64,000 bases of DNA from the human T2T-CHM13v2.0 reference genome, Homo sapiens. Numbering within the stretch: the stretch's first letter is position 1; each line of letters opens with the position of its first letter. A program made the position numbers and the translations under genes. Positions 27,831 through 41,311 of the stretch are shown here, piece after piece. The notes below the pieces were generated by a model. That model had not been told where the DNA came from and made no database searches. It worked only from the letters and a program-made list of their open reading frames with translations. The stretch lies in the NCBI RefSeq assembly GCF_009914755.1, contig NC_060933.1, one strand, 5' to 3'.

Positions 27831-29110
27831 TCCTGCCTTTTGTAAACGAAGATTAGGTGTTTGCAAGTGGTTAAATGGGATGTGAGAAACATTCCCCACT
27901 TCGGATCATGCACAATTTGTTCAATGGTATGAAGCAGCTTTTGTGGTACAATTCACAAATATATCTCAGGAGTTTATTTAAAAATAGTTCATATTCAGTA
28001 ATAGGAATATGAACCTTCACTGCAATGTTTCATTATAAGTAATTTCTCAGGAAAATTATGATAACAATGCCATCAAATGAATGGCACTTGACAAGAAGCT
28101 GTGAAGTTGTCCTCAATGACAACCAGTAAATCTATATATGCTATAGCATTCAGAATACCTATAACTAGTAGATCTATAGATGTTAGTGCGTGGGAGAAAC
28201 CCGGCCTGAGATGATTGATGCCCCTACAAAACCTTTGGGAACTGAGGCATAATTGCCCTCACAATGAAGACTGAAGGAGTTACAAGATGTCGAGACTTCA
28301 GGTGTATTTTTCAGAGAGAAGAGCCTACTGATGCTCCTTCCTCTTGTTCCCCGAAGAAACAAAGGTGAAGTTTATGTTTGCTACTGGAGCTTTAAGTTTA
28401 CTGCTTGGCTAGTGTGGTCTAATCCTGGCTGGGAATGCTGCTGGTGAGATCTCATCTTCACAATTCAGAACACGGTACTTCTTGGAAAGTACTGGTTTCA
28501 GAACTGCCCGAGATGTTGCTTGGGGGTTGTTTTGTCTTTATTCCTGACAGATTGCTGTATCAAATCAAGCTTATACACAATGTTGACTGCTAAGATAAAA
28601 AGCAATTCTTGTGATCACAAAAAAGTCTGCCTGCTGGGCAGAAAGTAAAACAAACAGCACAGAGGTGCTTGACGATCACAGACGATGGCCAATAAGTGAT
28701 CATTTGTATGAAGTACAGAATGCAGTGTTATTTGATGAACATGATGTTCTGCATGCATCCGGCCATAATTTAGGAGGTATTTGCTCAGGTATGACTTCGG
28801 ATGTGCACTATATGCTACATAGAGTCAAACACGCTGGCTTTGGTAAGGCCTGAAATATAAATTAAACAAAAACACATTGACTAATAACAGTGATGCTCCC
28901 AACAGGCTTTCTTCTCCTTTGGAAATTTCTTAGGGTCTGGCTTATTTCAGTGAACACAGTGACCACATTTTCGACTAACCAATAAAACCCAGAGCGGAGG
29001 AGAGGATTATACATGAGTTTCCACGGACAACAAAAGTCAGAGAGGAAGTAGGGAAAAAAAAAGGCATGGAAAGATAAAAATTGAGAAAAGTTCAGGGTAG
29101 AGGTGGGGGC

Positions 29111-29560
29111 ATATTATTTTCCCGTGCTTGCCATAACACAGTACCACAAACTGGGTCGCTTGAGCAACAGAAACTGTCTCACAGTTCTGGCAGCTAGAAG
29201 TCTGAAATCTAGGTGTCAGCAAGGGAGGTTCTATCTGAGGGCTGTGAAGGAGAATCTGTTCCATGTCTCTCCTCTAACTTTCTGTGGACCTGGCCATCTC
29301 TTGCCCGTTACATGGTGCTTTTCCTGTGTCTTCACATTGTATTCCCTCTGTGCATATCTCTGTGTCCATATTTCCCCTTTTAATAAGGATGCCGGTCACA
29401 TTGGATTAGAGCCTATGCTAAAGACTTTATTTCAACTTGATTAACTCTGTAATGACCCTACCTCCACATAAGGTCACATTCTGAGAGACTGGGGGTTAGG
29501 ACTCCAGCATATCTTTTTTTTTTCTGGAAAGTGGTAGAGAATAGAATTCAACCTATCACA
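29111..29560 (-). mobile_element. MLT1B/C-like MaLR solo LTR
   Basis: gccataacacagtaccacaaactgggt...ctcacagttctggcagctagaagtctgaaat...aattcaacctatcaca. Confidence 0.9.
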
Positions 29561-29950
29561 GGAAGAAAGAAAGAACTGTGGGTAGGCAAAACACTGAAGT
29601 CACATTGCACCTTTGTGCAGTGCCCAGTCTGCACAACTGAACACTACAGCCCTACCAAAAAAGTTCTTTGAACTCCATGTCCCCAGTTTCTTATAAGACA
29701 GAATTCTCCTTTTTAAAAGCTGGTAAAATAAATGGAAGAGCCATGAAGAATTTGCTAGGTTTTGGGTTACTAAAATTATTGACCTCTGCAGATTTTTATT
29801 TTGCTTTGTATGTAGCCATAGGGGACACCATTAAATGAGATGAACAGTACTATTTACCCATCAGTCTCATTTCCAAAAGTAAAAAAAATAAGCCAAATTG
29901 ACAGATTTTTAACATTCATAGGTCCTATCATCTCCTATATGGTAGACATG

Positions 29951-30353
29951 TGTATTAGGTCATTCTTACATTGTTATAAAACCTAAGACTGGGTAATTTG
30001 CTTTTTACAAAAGAGGTTTAATTAGCTCACAGTTCTGCAGGCTGTATAGGAAGCATAGTGGCATTTCCTTCTGAGGATGCCTCAGGAAGCTTCCAGTCAT
30101 GGTGGAAGGCAAGGGAGAGCAGGCACATCACACAGTGAAAGCAGGAGCAAGAAAATGAGGGAGGAGGAGCTACACACTTTTAAATGACCAGGTCTCATGA
30201 GAACTCATTCACTACCATGAAGACAAGCAGGATGGTGCTAAACTATTCCTGAGAAATCCACCCCCATAATCCAATCACCTCCCACCAGGTCCAACATTGG
30301 GAATTACATTTCAATATGAGATTTGGGCAGGGACACAGATCCAAACTACATTA
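29951..30353 (-). mobile_element. MSTA-like MaLR solo LTR with perfect 5-bp TSD
   Basis: tgtattaggtcattctt...gagatttgggcagggacacagatccaaact; ACATG at 29946-29950 and 30354-30358. Confidence 0.93.
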
Positions 30354-32748
30354 ACATGTAAAATGAAGGGAAGTCTGGGATTCCAAATTAGCTCTTCTTG
30401 GCTCCCTGCTTTTCAACTACACTGCAAAAATGGAGAGAATTTTATGGAAAAATAAATATTTGTTCTTAAAATGTACTTGAAATAATTAAAAGGGTCCATA
30501 ACCTGACTGAGAGCCCAGACTGAAATGGTAGAGCCACACAACAGAAAATAATCTTCCTCTCTAGGTTCCAAAGGAAACATATGTGAAAGAGTGCAAAGGA
30601 AACGCTGAGACCAACCTAGGTTTGTCAAGCTTTTCTTGTGTTTGTTTTATTTTCCAATTTCTTTGTAAAAATTACTAAAGTCATAGATATTTGTTGCAAA
30701 ACATCAAACAGAACACTTGTGTCAATGAAAAAAAAACAATTTTTCTTCCTCTCTCATTTTTAGTCCATCTTCCCAGGAAAAGATCACTTTCCCAGGTTAG
30801 TCCAAATACTTCTAAACATTTCCCTGCAAAATCTATATATTATATAGGTATGCAATTTTGTGTTTTACAAGCGAGATCATGATATATGTATCATTTTCTC
30901 GTGCCCATTTTAGAAAGTATGGCTAACACCCTAAGAAGAAAGTAAGAGTAGAAACCTATCCATCCCCTACACTATGTCCCAGAGAAAACCCAGTAGTGGT
31001 GGGTATATTTTCTCATTGTCTATTCTCTGTTCACACACATTTGTTTTGTTTTACTTATTCTTGATGCTCTCAAGTGCTATCCTTTTTTTTTCTTGTTGTA
31101 CAAGTAATATATGCTCATAGGAAAAGTAAAATTTAGAACATGAGCAAAAGAAGAAAATAAAAATCATCTCAAAATCTACCTTTCCTAAACTTTAGTCATT
31201 GTTTACATTTTTGTGTATACCACAAAGACATTTTTCAAGTACTTCAATTTAAACAGAAAAGGATAAATACCACGAACAAATCTCAATAGATTTGTTAAAA
31301 GCTCAATCCAGTTTGGGTTATGTATACAAGACATCTACATGTGGCTTTATTTTTGTCTTGACTCAAAAGGGGAGAAAGGGTAAAGGAGTTTTCACAGCTT
31401 AATATTATCACAGAATCAGCATTTAGGGAAATTTGTCATTTTCTTCCCATCTCTTCACTTCCAGCTCCATCATCCCCTTCCCCCCTCCAAGAGCTTTTCA
31501 GAGAATGTGACATTTGCTGCCTTTTCATCCCTCAGAGTTGTGGTTTAGATTTGTTTTTTTTTTTTTAAATCAGATTAAAGCAAAACGTACTTAATAGCAC
31601 TTCCAGGTCAGAAGTGCAATTTCTTGCTTGAGAGCAGGGTGATGTCCTCACTGGCATTTAAGAGGCAGATCTCTGTTGAGCCTCTCATAACACCCAGAAT
31701 TACAGTCTTGAATTTTCCACACACATCTTGTCAGGAAAATGTTTCAGGGGCATTAAATAATTACTACTGATTTACACCAACATTTTTCTGGCTATAAATA
31801 TTTGTTACTTAAACATTTTCGGAAAATAAAGAAAATATAGGAATGAAAATCAAAGTCATCCATAATTCCACTTCCTTGTGATAATCATTGTTACTTAACA
31901 TTTTAGTGTGTTTCCTGTCAAACTTGCTTTTATGTGTATATATATATATACACACACACATTTTAATCACAATCTATACGTGATTTCAACGGCTATATGG
32001 ACTTTTATGTTATAGCAACTACTATTGTGAATGCTATTGTTTAAATAAAAATTTTAAAACTCAGCCACATTAAAAAAATCTCTCACCAAGTATTAACACG
32101 TCTTTCATCAGTTTATTCCTATCCTGATTACCTTGATTCAATTATTCTTATGCTCCTCATCTTGGCTTGTAGCCAAAACCCTAGAGCCCCCAGGTAGGGT
32201 TTCAAAGACCTCAATAGACTCTCCCTTCCATCTTTCAGACACAGACTTTGATTTTTTGTTTTTTGTCTTACTCACAGTTTTGGGAGGTTCATTTTGTTTT
32301 TCTTCTGCTTTTTAGCAACACCAGCCAATCAAAGGTGTGTTTGCCTTTGCAGGGGTCCCATTAAACTTCTAGTTCCAAAATGAACTGCCTCCATGCCATG
32401 ACCTGCAAGGTGGCAGAAAATAGGGAAAGCTTAGCTTATCTCTGGTCTCTTTATCTCTCAATTACCTATTTAATCCCAACAAATTTTATTGCGTGTCTAT
32501 GAACCACAGGTTTCTGTAGGCACGTGCTACAGCAGTAATTAAGGTCCCTACCAGCCTGGTGCCTCCTGTCCAAAACGCTGTGCTGCTTATTCCACTGTAA
32601 GCTGCTTAAAAGCAAGATCTATGTCTGTCCCATCTGCGCATCCATCAGCTCCTGGCAAAGTTCCTCTGTCACGGTAGTAACTTAATTCAACAGCAATTGG
32701 CCAAATTAGGGAGTGAAAAGCATATTGCTTAAGAAAATAAATCAGTTG

Positions 32749-33085
<337 letters not shown>

Positions 33086-35212
33086 TCAGTTCTGGTAAAA
33101 ATACAAACCTCTCTAGCAGGAGTAACATATGAAAAACGTCTCAGCCATTAATAGGTTAGTGAGAATACATTTTCCGGCCAACTGACTTCCAAATTTGAAA
33201 CGGGAGAGAAAAAGGAGAGAACGTCTGCTTTGGATCATGAAGGGGTGTTTGGGACAAATATGGGAGTAATTTGGAAAACCCAGGGATCAAAATGTGGTGC
33301 CTATGAGGGTCAAGGTGAGGGACAAGAGAACTTAGAGAATCAACTTTACAAATTTCACAATTTCTATTCAAAATTCTTACAAAAAGACAGAAACCAGAAA
33401 ATATGAGATATGTTTTCAAAGAGCTTCCAGCAGTAACTAAGGAAGTGACAAATCACATGCCTGGATCCATTTGGGAGCTGGGAGACAAAGACAAAGTGAA
33501 TGAAGTTTCTTCCCCTCCAATCCCACTGCAAAGATCCTGCCCTACAAACACATATCCTCACATTGTAGTATATTTTCAGATTTACAGAAAGTAACCTAGT
33601 GGGAAATTCTCTTTTAAGCAATATTTAGCTGCTTGAAGTCTTGGTTTTATGAAAGCCAGAATGTTGGCAAACTGAGAAATATGATCAATGGGGTAGAAGC
33701 CACAGCTTGGAGGTAAGCTGAAATGTGATGGCCTTTTAAATAGTCCCTGTAATTTCTCCTTAATTGAGATCCTATTTGTTAATCATTCATGTAAACGTTA
33801 ATGGAAAACATGCAGAATCAATTTGCAAGTACTGGCATTCATTTAAAAATCTATAAAGGTAATTTTACTATAGTGACAAAAACACACAATTCACAATTAC
33901 AGACCCTAAATATATATAGTTTTTAAATTTGGAACTGAATTGACGTGAGAACTTAGAGTATTTAAAAAACTAGGTAGAACAAATTTCAGGCAGTATCTGG
34001 TAAATTTCCAGAGGATTTATTGACTTGCCAACTTAAAACTGGAGTTTCTTAGATTTTACGTTCCTTTTGGAAGTGTTTGACCGTCTTTGGCTGGTTTGTA
34101 GCCTTTCGTTTCAAGTGGCCTTATCTCAGTGTCCAAAGCAAGAAAACAGATAATGAAAGAAAAGCAACATCTAGAATTTTCTAGAAGACATATATGCATG
34201 TACATTCATTCACACAGGTATGATAGACAAGCAACACAAATAGTTTTATATTGCATTTATTAAAATAACTTAACATAGTTTAAGTAGGGTACCTATTTAG
34301 AGCATCAGACTATCTAAAATTCATATTTAATTACTTTGTTTCCCTACTTTAAAAATATTATAGGGATCCCCATTGAATTTGGATTAAAGTTTAAATAAAT
34401 GGCATACTATATCCATCATAATTTATTATTTAGCCTTATCTCCTAGGCAACCACCATCCTTACCATGAGCCCTAGGTGCCCTTCTTTTCCTGGCACAAAG
34501 GGCACTTCCTTCAGAAAGTCTACCCTGAATTTCCATATTGGGCCTAGGGCCTCTTCTCTCTATTCCCCCATTACAGTCTGTATAGCTGTCTTATTCATTA
34601 ATGTTACTAATTATACTATAATAATAGTAATTAATATTATTCAATAGTAATCTGGTTCCATGTCAGTCTTTTTCTCCAAACTGTATGTTCTCCAAGTATG
34701 TGGACACAGTGGCTCTAGGACATAGCCCCTCAAAGTGTAAGTTCAAAATAATTACTTGTTAAACTGAATAGAACTACATTTATTAAAACACTTATTGTAT
34801 ATAAGTGGATAAACACTACCCAAGTGGAGTGGACACTAAGACGATTTTCCCAACACTGGGCAAATTCTCATTTGGATAGGCCACCTGTCAACATGTACAC
34901 CTGAGCTAGAATAAAGAAGGACTGGGGACAGGGCAGAACTGGAACTGACAGGTGCCATGTTTTTCTGTTTCTTCTCTTGTGTCTTGCCCTTTTATCTCTC
35001 CTGCTTCCTGTACCATTTTTCACCTCAACACACATGCACTCTCAGGTACCCACCACGGTAAAATGGTCAACTGCTCATTAGACCAACTCTTGTCTTGAAA
35101 GTGGGAAGGATTTAAAGGCTGACTGGCTTATATGCAGAGCTGGCTTAGATTAGGGGGTACATTTAAATACCTTCAAGAGCTAAGGAGGAGAGGTAACTAT
35201 GTGAAGAGTATT

Positions 35213-35582
35213 TCTATTAGTCCATTTTCATGCCGCTGATAAAGACATACCCGAGACTCGGCAATTTACAATAGAAAGAGGTTTAATTGAGCTAACAGTT
35301 CCACATGGCCGCAGAGGCTTCACAATCATGGCAGAATGCAAGGAGGAGCAAGTCACATCTTACATGGATGGTGGCAGGCAAAGAGAGAGCTTGTGCATGG
35401 GAACTCTCATTTTTAAACCCATCAGATCTTGTGAGACTTATTCACTATCATAAGAACAGTGCAGGAAAAACCCATCCCCATAATTCAATCATCTCCCACT
35501 GGATTCCTCCCATGACACGTGAGAATTGTGGGAGTTACAATTCAAGATGAGATTTGGGTGGGGACACAGCCAAACCATATCA
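35213..35582 (-). mobile_element. THE1 (B/C-like) MaLR solo LTR
   Basis: tattagtccattttcatgccgctgataaagacatacccgagact...gagatttgggtggggacacagccaaaccatatca; TSD gtatt/gcatt. Confidence 0.95.
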
Positions 35583-36623
35583 GCATTGAACTCAGATTAA
35601 AAAAACAAAAATGTTTGCAAACCAAGTCAAATAGGACTGACTATATTTCACTGGCTGGCTGCTAGTTTGGGACCTCTGGCTTTAACTATTAGTGAAGCTC
35701 CAACAGTGGACTCAGGAGCCAACGGCTGGGAATTCACATCACAAATGTAAAGAATTTTAAGGCAGAATGCATTGAAAGAAAGAAAAATGAGGCCCTGGCA
35801 TAAATATGGTTGAAAAGATATGCCTCCTACATATCAAATAACCTTCTGTTGAAGGTGGTGGTGAAACACACACAAATACATACCATCTCAAAGACCAAGG
35901 CTTCTGGGCCCACATGCTTGTAGATCCAATCATGCTGGTTCTCTCTTTTGTTAATTCTTGATTGTCTATGTTTTTTTATAGGGCATCATATGTAAGCTGA
36001 ATGGGCTAGACATTGGGATGGAGAAATGAATAGAAATGATTACTGTCCTCAATGACTTAATGGGATTGTAAAGGAAGACAGACATTTATATTTTAAAATG
36101 TACTAAAATGTTAGAGGGAATAGTAAGGTCTACAGAAGAGTGTCATTTCCACCTTAAGAAGCCTCCCTGAGGGGATAAGCCTTCTGCTGAATTTTTACAG
36201 ATGAATGAAGTTTACTAAGGAGATGGGGGGGAGGGCACACAGAGACAGAAGTTTGAACACAGTTGCTTAAGCATGAAAATGCCTTAGAAGAATGTGGGGG
36301 AACTATGAGTAGTTATGCAGAGCATTAGAAATGTAGAGAATGATAAAAACTAGAAAAGCAAACAGAAAACAGATAATGCAGGCCTTAGAGTTCAGGCTAC
36401 AGATTTTGAACTCTATTCTATTTTTTTTTTTTAAATGAGACTATTTGAAAGTGTGGCAGTATAATTTTATGATTATTAATTTGCATTTTCCATTTATACC
36501 TATCCAATCCACTGCAGTTTCCTTTCAAGAAGACAGCCTGAGCTTTTCTCTTCCCTTGCCCTGGAGCTTTGGCAGGGCCAAAGGAGAAGTTGTTGGAAGA
36601 ACAACGTTCTTTGTGCATGTGTT

Positions 36624-36781
36624 CAAAGACTCTGTCTTTGGGGGAGATTGTGCTCACTATCCTGGCTGGGGAGAAGAGAGAGAAGAATGCCTGGGAGCAA
36701 GACAAAGACTCTGTCTTTGGGTGAGATTGTGCTCAGTATCCTGGCTGGGGAGAGAAGAGAGAAGAATGCCTGGGAGCGAGA
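36624..36781. repeat. Direct tandem duplication, 2 x 79 bp
   Basis: caaagactctgtctttggg...gaatgcctgggagc[a/g]aga at 36624-36702 and 36703-36781, 5 differences. Confidence 0.97.
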
Positions 36782-37640
36782 GACAGGAGAGAGAGACGTT
36801 TCTTCAGGTAGAGAAGGGACTAAGGTTGGCAGTTCACCAAGGAGTCAGGGATGCGAACCTGGTGACCTAGATAGTGAGAACTCAGAGAGGTGATTCAGAG
36901 AAGCCTGCCCCAGGCACTGCTGCTTCTTGCTAGGCAAATGCCTCAGTTGGCACAGTAGCTATAGAGATGTCAACACGTCAGATGCCATGTAGGTTTGGAA
37001 AGTGAGGCTATCAGTGGCATCTATGACAGCACATTAGAAGCTACGTTCATTTTTTATGGGCATCATGTAAGGTTTCTGGACTACTCTAGGCAGAGGGAAG
37101 AACTCCCATTAAGTACTGATGGAATTTTCTGCCAGCTATAAAAATTGGGTCTTAGAGTTAGATTTAATTTGATTTTTAAAAATGTGATATCTTTAAAATC
37201 TGTAGGATAAAATGTATGTATTCACCACAAAGTCTTTTATAAAGGAAAATAACATGAATGGGCTTGAGTTGTGACAGGATAATGTTCGAGAAAATTCACC
37301 TGGCATCCATGAACTTTATTGCAATTTGGGAATCAGATTTTTCCAGAAACTGAAAAAGGTGGATGAGGGACCAAAGGTAAAACCCACAAAAGAAACAGAA
37401 TGTCAGTCTTTAAGAAAGGTCAGCCCCTCCCAGATGGAAGAAGTATATTCTAAAGTCTGTGCTTAAGGAATGAGAGCTCAGAAATGGAGACCAGCATTGG
37501 TCCCACTCTCAACAGCTAAGGAAATGATGACACTAGTGCAGCCTTCTCCACATCAGTTCAATCTTACAGACATCTGTGTCCACTAAAATACATTTTAAAA
37601 GTCTTACATGTGATAATGGATCTAAAAAAAAGCACCACAG

Positions 37641-37995
37641 TGTCCTAATCTATTTTCTGTTGCTATCACAGTATATCATAGACTTGGTAATTTATAAGAA
37701 AAAAAAGTTACTTAACTCACATCTAAAGACTAGGAAGTTTAAGACCATGGTGCCTGCATCTGGTAAGGGCCTTCTTGCTGCATCATAAGATGGCAGAGAG
37801 CACAAGGAAGACAGCCAGTGAGAGTTCACTTTTATAACAAAGTCACTCCTGTGATAACAAAGCCATTCCTGTGATAGTGACATTTATCCACTTGTGAGGG
37901 GCAGAGCCCTCACTAATCCACTAATCCACTCATGAGGGCAAAGAGATTAAGATTCCAATACATGAACTTTTAGGGGACACATTTAAACAATAACA
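37641..37995 (-). mobile_element. MSTC/MSTD-like MaLR solo LTR
   Basis: ttgctatcacagtatatcatagacttggtaatttataag...gcatctggtaagggccttcttgctgcatcat...ggggacacatttaaac. Confidence 0.85.
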
Positions 37996-38296
37996 CTTAG
38001 TATTATTGGATCCAATCCATGCTTTCAGGGATAAAGTACTGTTATTCCTATTTTAGAGCTAAAAATATGAAATCCCAAAGAGATTACAATTTTTTAATTA
38101 AATTATTTTTTCAATAAATATGGACTGAGTTCCACCATATTCCAGACACTCTGATAAGAAGAGTTTGGAGAATTCTAATGATGGGAAACAAATATATAAG
38201 TAAGTATTTATTACATATATTGATAAGTGGTATAGCATGTTTTCCACTTTTCCTTTGAAGTGTGTCTTCCCCACATAACCTTGTATCTCTGAGAAC

Positions 38297-38972
38297 TTTT
38301 CACTCTCTGCTCAGTACTGACCTCTGGCAGACATATTTTTGTGATTTAATGCAACATTCTTCTTTTAATTGATTGTGTCTGGCATCATCACTAAACTGAA
38401 GAGTAGCCAGCTAAATTCTCTCTTCAGACAATTTAGAATTGGGCTTGAGAAACAGTCAGTCTGCGCTGGTCTCTCAAGTCACAGACAGTTCTAGTTAATG
38501 ATTTATTTCTATGAATTTCATCAAAACTTTTAAATTAATCACATAAAGTCGTTCAGAATAACTTATCTTTTTAATATCTGTAGCATCTCTGGTGGTGACC
38601 TCTCTCATTCCTAATATTGGTTATTTGTGCCTTATCTCTTTTTTTTCCAGATTGCCCTTGCCAGAGATTTGTTAATTATATTAGCTTTAAAATAAAACAA
38701 CATTTGGTTTTTTCATCTTCTTTATTTGTTTTTGTTTCTATTTAATTAAATTCTGTTCTTATCTTTATGATTTCATTTCTTCTATTTCTTTGGGTTTATT
38801 TTACTGTTTTTCTTTCTGAAGTTTTGAGATGGATATTTTGCTCATTAATTTTTAACCTATCTTCTTCTCTAATACAAGCATACAAGGCTATAAATTTCTA
38901 GGTACTGTTAAAATTGCCTCCTGTATGGTATGAAACTGTTTTGTTAGAATTAAGTTGAAAAGGTTTCTAATT
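38297..38972. repeat. Left arm of ~670-bp inverted duplication
   Basis: Reverse complement of 40645-41311; manual alignment gave about 23 substitutions and 3 indels (4, 4, 1 bp). Confidence 0.97.
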
Positions 38973-39400
38973 TCCCTTGTAGTTCTGCTTTGAACTTTGG
39001 GCTATTGAGAAGAATATTTCCTAATTTACAAATATATAGAAAAATTTCCAGATATCTTTTTGTTACTGACTTCTGGCTTTATTTCACTCTGGTCAGAAAA
39101 CACAGTTTTAAATGCTCGGAAATTTGTGAAGACATGCCCAGACTATGGTCAATTTTTGTGAATGTTACATGGTTGTTTATAAAAAACAAAGGTATTCTTC
39201 AATTCTTGAGTACTATATTCTATAAATATGCATTAAGTCAAATTTCTTAACCATGTTGATCTTCCATATAGTTAGAGCTTTGCTTTTTGCTTTTTATTTT
39301 GGTCCTTTTTGTTTTGCAAATTCCCAAATGAGGTGTAATGTTAAAAACCTCCCAATATGATGATAGATCTTCTTATTTCTCTTTAGATTTTGTTTTTTTC

Positions 39401-39848
39401 TGTTGGGAACAGGCCCCCCAAAATCTGGCCATAAGCTGGCCCCAAAACTGGCCATAAAAAAATTCTCTGCAGCACTGTGACATGTTCATGATGGCCATGA
39501 TGCCCACACTGGAAGGTTGTGGGTTTACCGGAATGAGGGCAAGGAACACCTGGCCCACCCAGGGCGGAAAACCACTTAAAGGCGTTCTTAAACCACAAAC
39601 AATAGCATGAGTGATCTGTGCCTTAAGGACACGCTCCTGCTGCAGATAACTAGTCAAACCCATCCCTTTATTTTGGCCCATCCCTTTATTTCCCATAAGG
39701 AATACTTTTAGTTAATCTATAATCTATAGAAACAATGCTTATCACTGGCTTGCTGTCAGTAAGTACGTGGGTAAATCTCTGTTCCAGGCTCTCAGCTCTG
39801 AAGGCTGTGAGACCTCTGATTTCCCACTCCACACCTCTATATTTCTGT
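39401..39848 (+). mobile_element. MER9-like (ERVK class) LTR, 3'-truncated
   Basis: tgttgggaacaggccccccaaaatctggccataagctggccccaaaactggccataaa...cccactccacacctctatatttctgt; no terminal CA or TSD. Confidence 0.9.
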
Positions 39849-40644
39849 ATATTAAATGTATATTTGATTTAAAGATAATTTTGTCTAATATGAATATACT
39901 TACACACTTTTTTCTGATTGTTGTTTATATGATACATATTTTCTATTCTTTAACTTTTTAACCTTCTATATCCTTTTATTTTGGGTGCATCTCATAAATA
40001 ATACATACTTGGATTTTATTTTTTAGTAACCCAGTATGACAATCTTTCTTTTTTAACTAGAGTAATTGGTTCATTTACAATGAATATAATTAGTCACATA
40101 CTCAGATTTATGTACCATCTTATTGCGTGTTATTTATCTTCATCTGTTTTGTTTCTTTTTGTCTTCATTTCTGCCTTCTTTTGTATTAACTAAGCATTTT
40201 ATTCTTATTTCCTTTTGTTCCTGAACTTCCTTCAAGGTTATATACTCTACTCATTTAATGTGTAGGCTACAATTTACAATATACATATCTATTTACCTTA
40301 TCAAAATTAAATTTAATCAATACCTTTACCATTTCCCTTACAATATCTTGGAACTTATTAATTCAAGTAAGTACTACCATCTCCCAACTAAAATGTTATT
40401 TTATATCGTCAATTTTTTTGAATATTTTACATACTACTACCTTCTTTTCTATTCTTTCCTACTTGCATATAATACTTTCCATTTTAGGTCACTCTTTTCA
40501 GACTAATGAGCATCCTTTAAAATGTCCTTTAGTGAATATCTATCAGTGACAAACTTTCAAATTTTTGTTAGAATTAAGTTTAAAAGGTTTCTAAACCTTT
40601 TGTTAGAATTAAGTTGAAAAGGTTTAAAACCTTTTCAGGAGGTG

Positions 40645-41311
40645 AATTAGAAACCTTTTCAACTTAATTCTAACAAAACAGTTTCAAACCATACAGGAGG
40701 CAATTTTAACAGTACTTAGAAATTTATAGCCTTGTATGCTTGTATTAGAGAAGAAGATAGGTTAAAAATTAATGAGCAAAGCATCCATTTCAAAACTTCA
40801 AAAAGAAAAACTGTAAAATAAACCCAAAGAAATAGAAGAAATGAAATCATAAAGATAAGAACAGAATTTAATTAAATAGAAACAAAAACAAAGAAGATGA
40901 AAAAACCCAATGTTGTTTTATTTTAAAGCTAATGTAATTAACAAATCTCTGGCAAGGGCAATCTGGAAAACAAGAGATAAGGCACAAGTAACCAATATTA
41001 GGAATGAGAGAGGTCACCACCAGAGATGCTACAGTTATTAAAAAGATAAGTTATTCTGAACAACTTTATGTGATTAATTTAAAAGCTTTGATGAAATTCA
41101 TAGAAATATATCATTAACTAGAACTGTCTTTGACTTGAGAGACCAGCTCAGACTATTTCTCAAGCCCAATTCTAAATTCCCTGAAGAGAGAATTTAGCTG
41201 GCCAGTCTTCAGTTTAGTGATGATGCCAGACACAATCAATTAAAAGAAGAATGTTGCATTAAATCACAAAAATATGTCTGCCAGAGGTTAGTACTGAGCA
41301 GAGAGTGAAAA
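40645..41311. repeat. Right (derived) arm of inverted duplication
   Basis: Reverse complement of 38297-38972; interrupts otherwise collinear L1M sequence. Confidence 0.97.

Noticed and set aside
28611-28853. 80-aa ORF in unique sequence as a host exon
   Set aside because: Starts at GTG, no recognisable domain, no convincing splice-site pair; cannot be supported without transcript data
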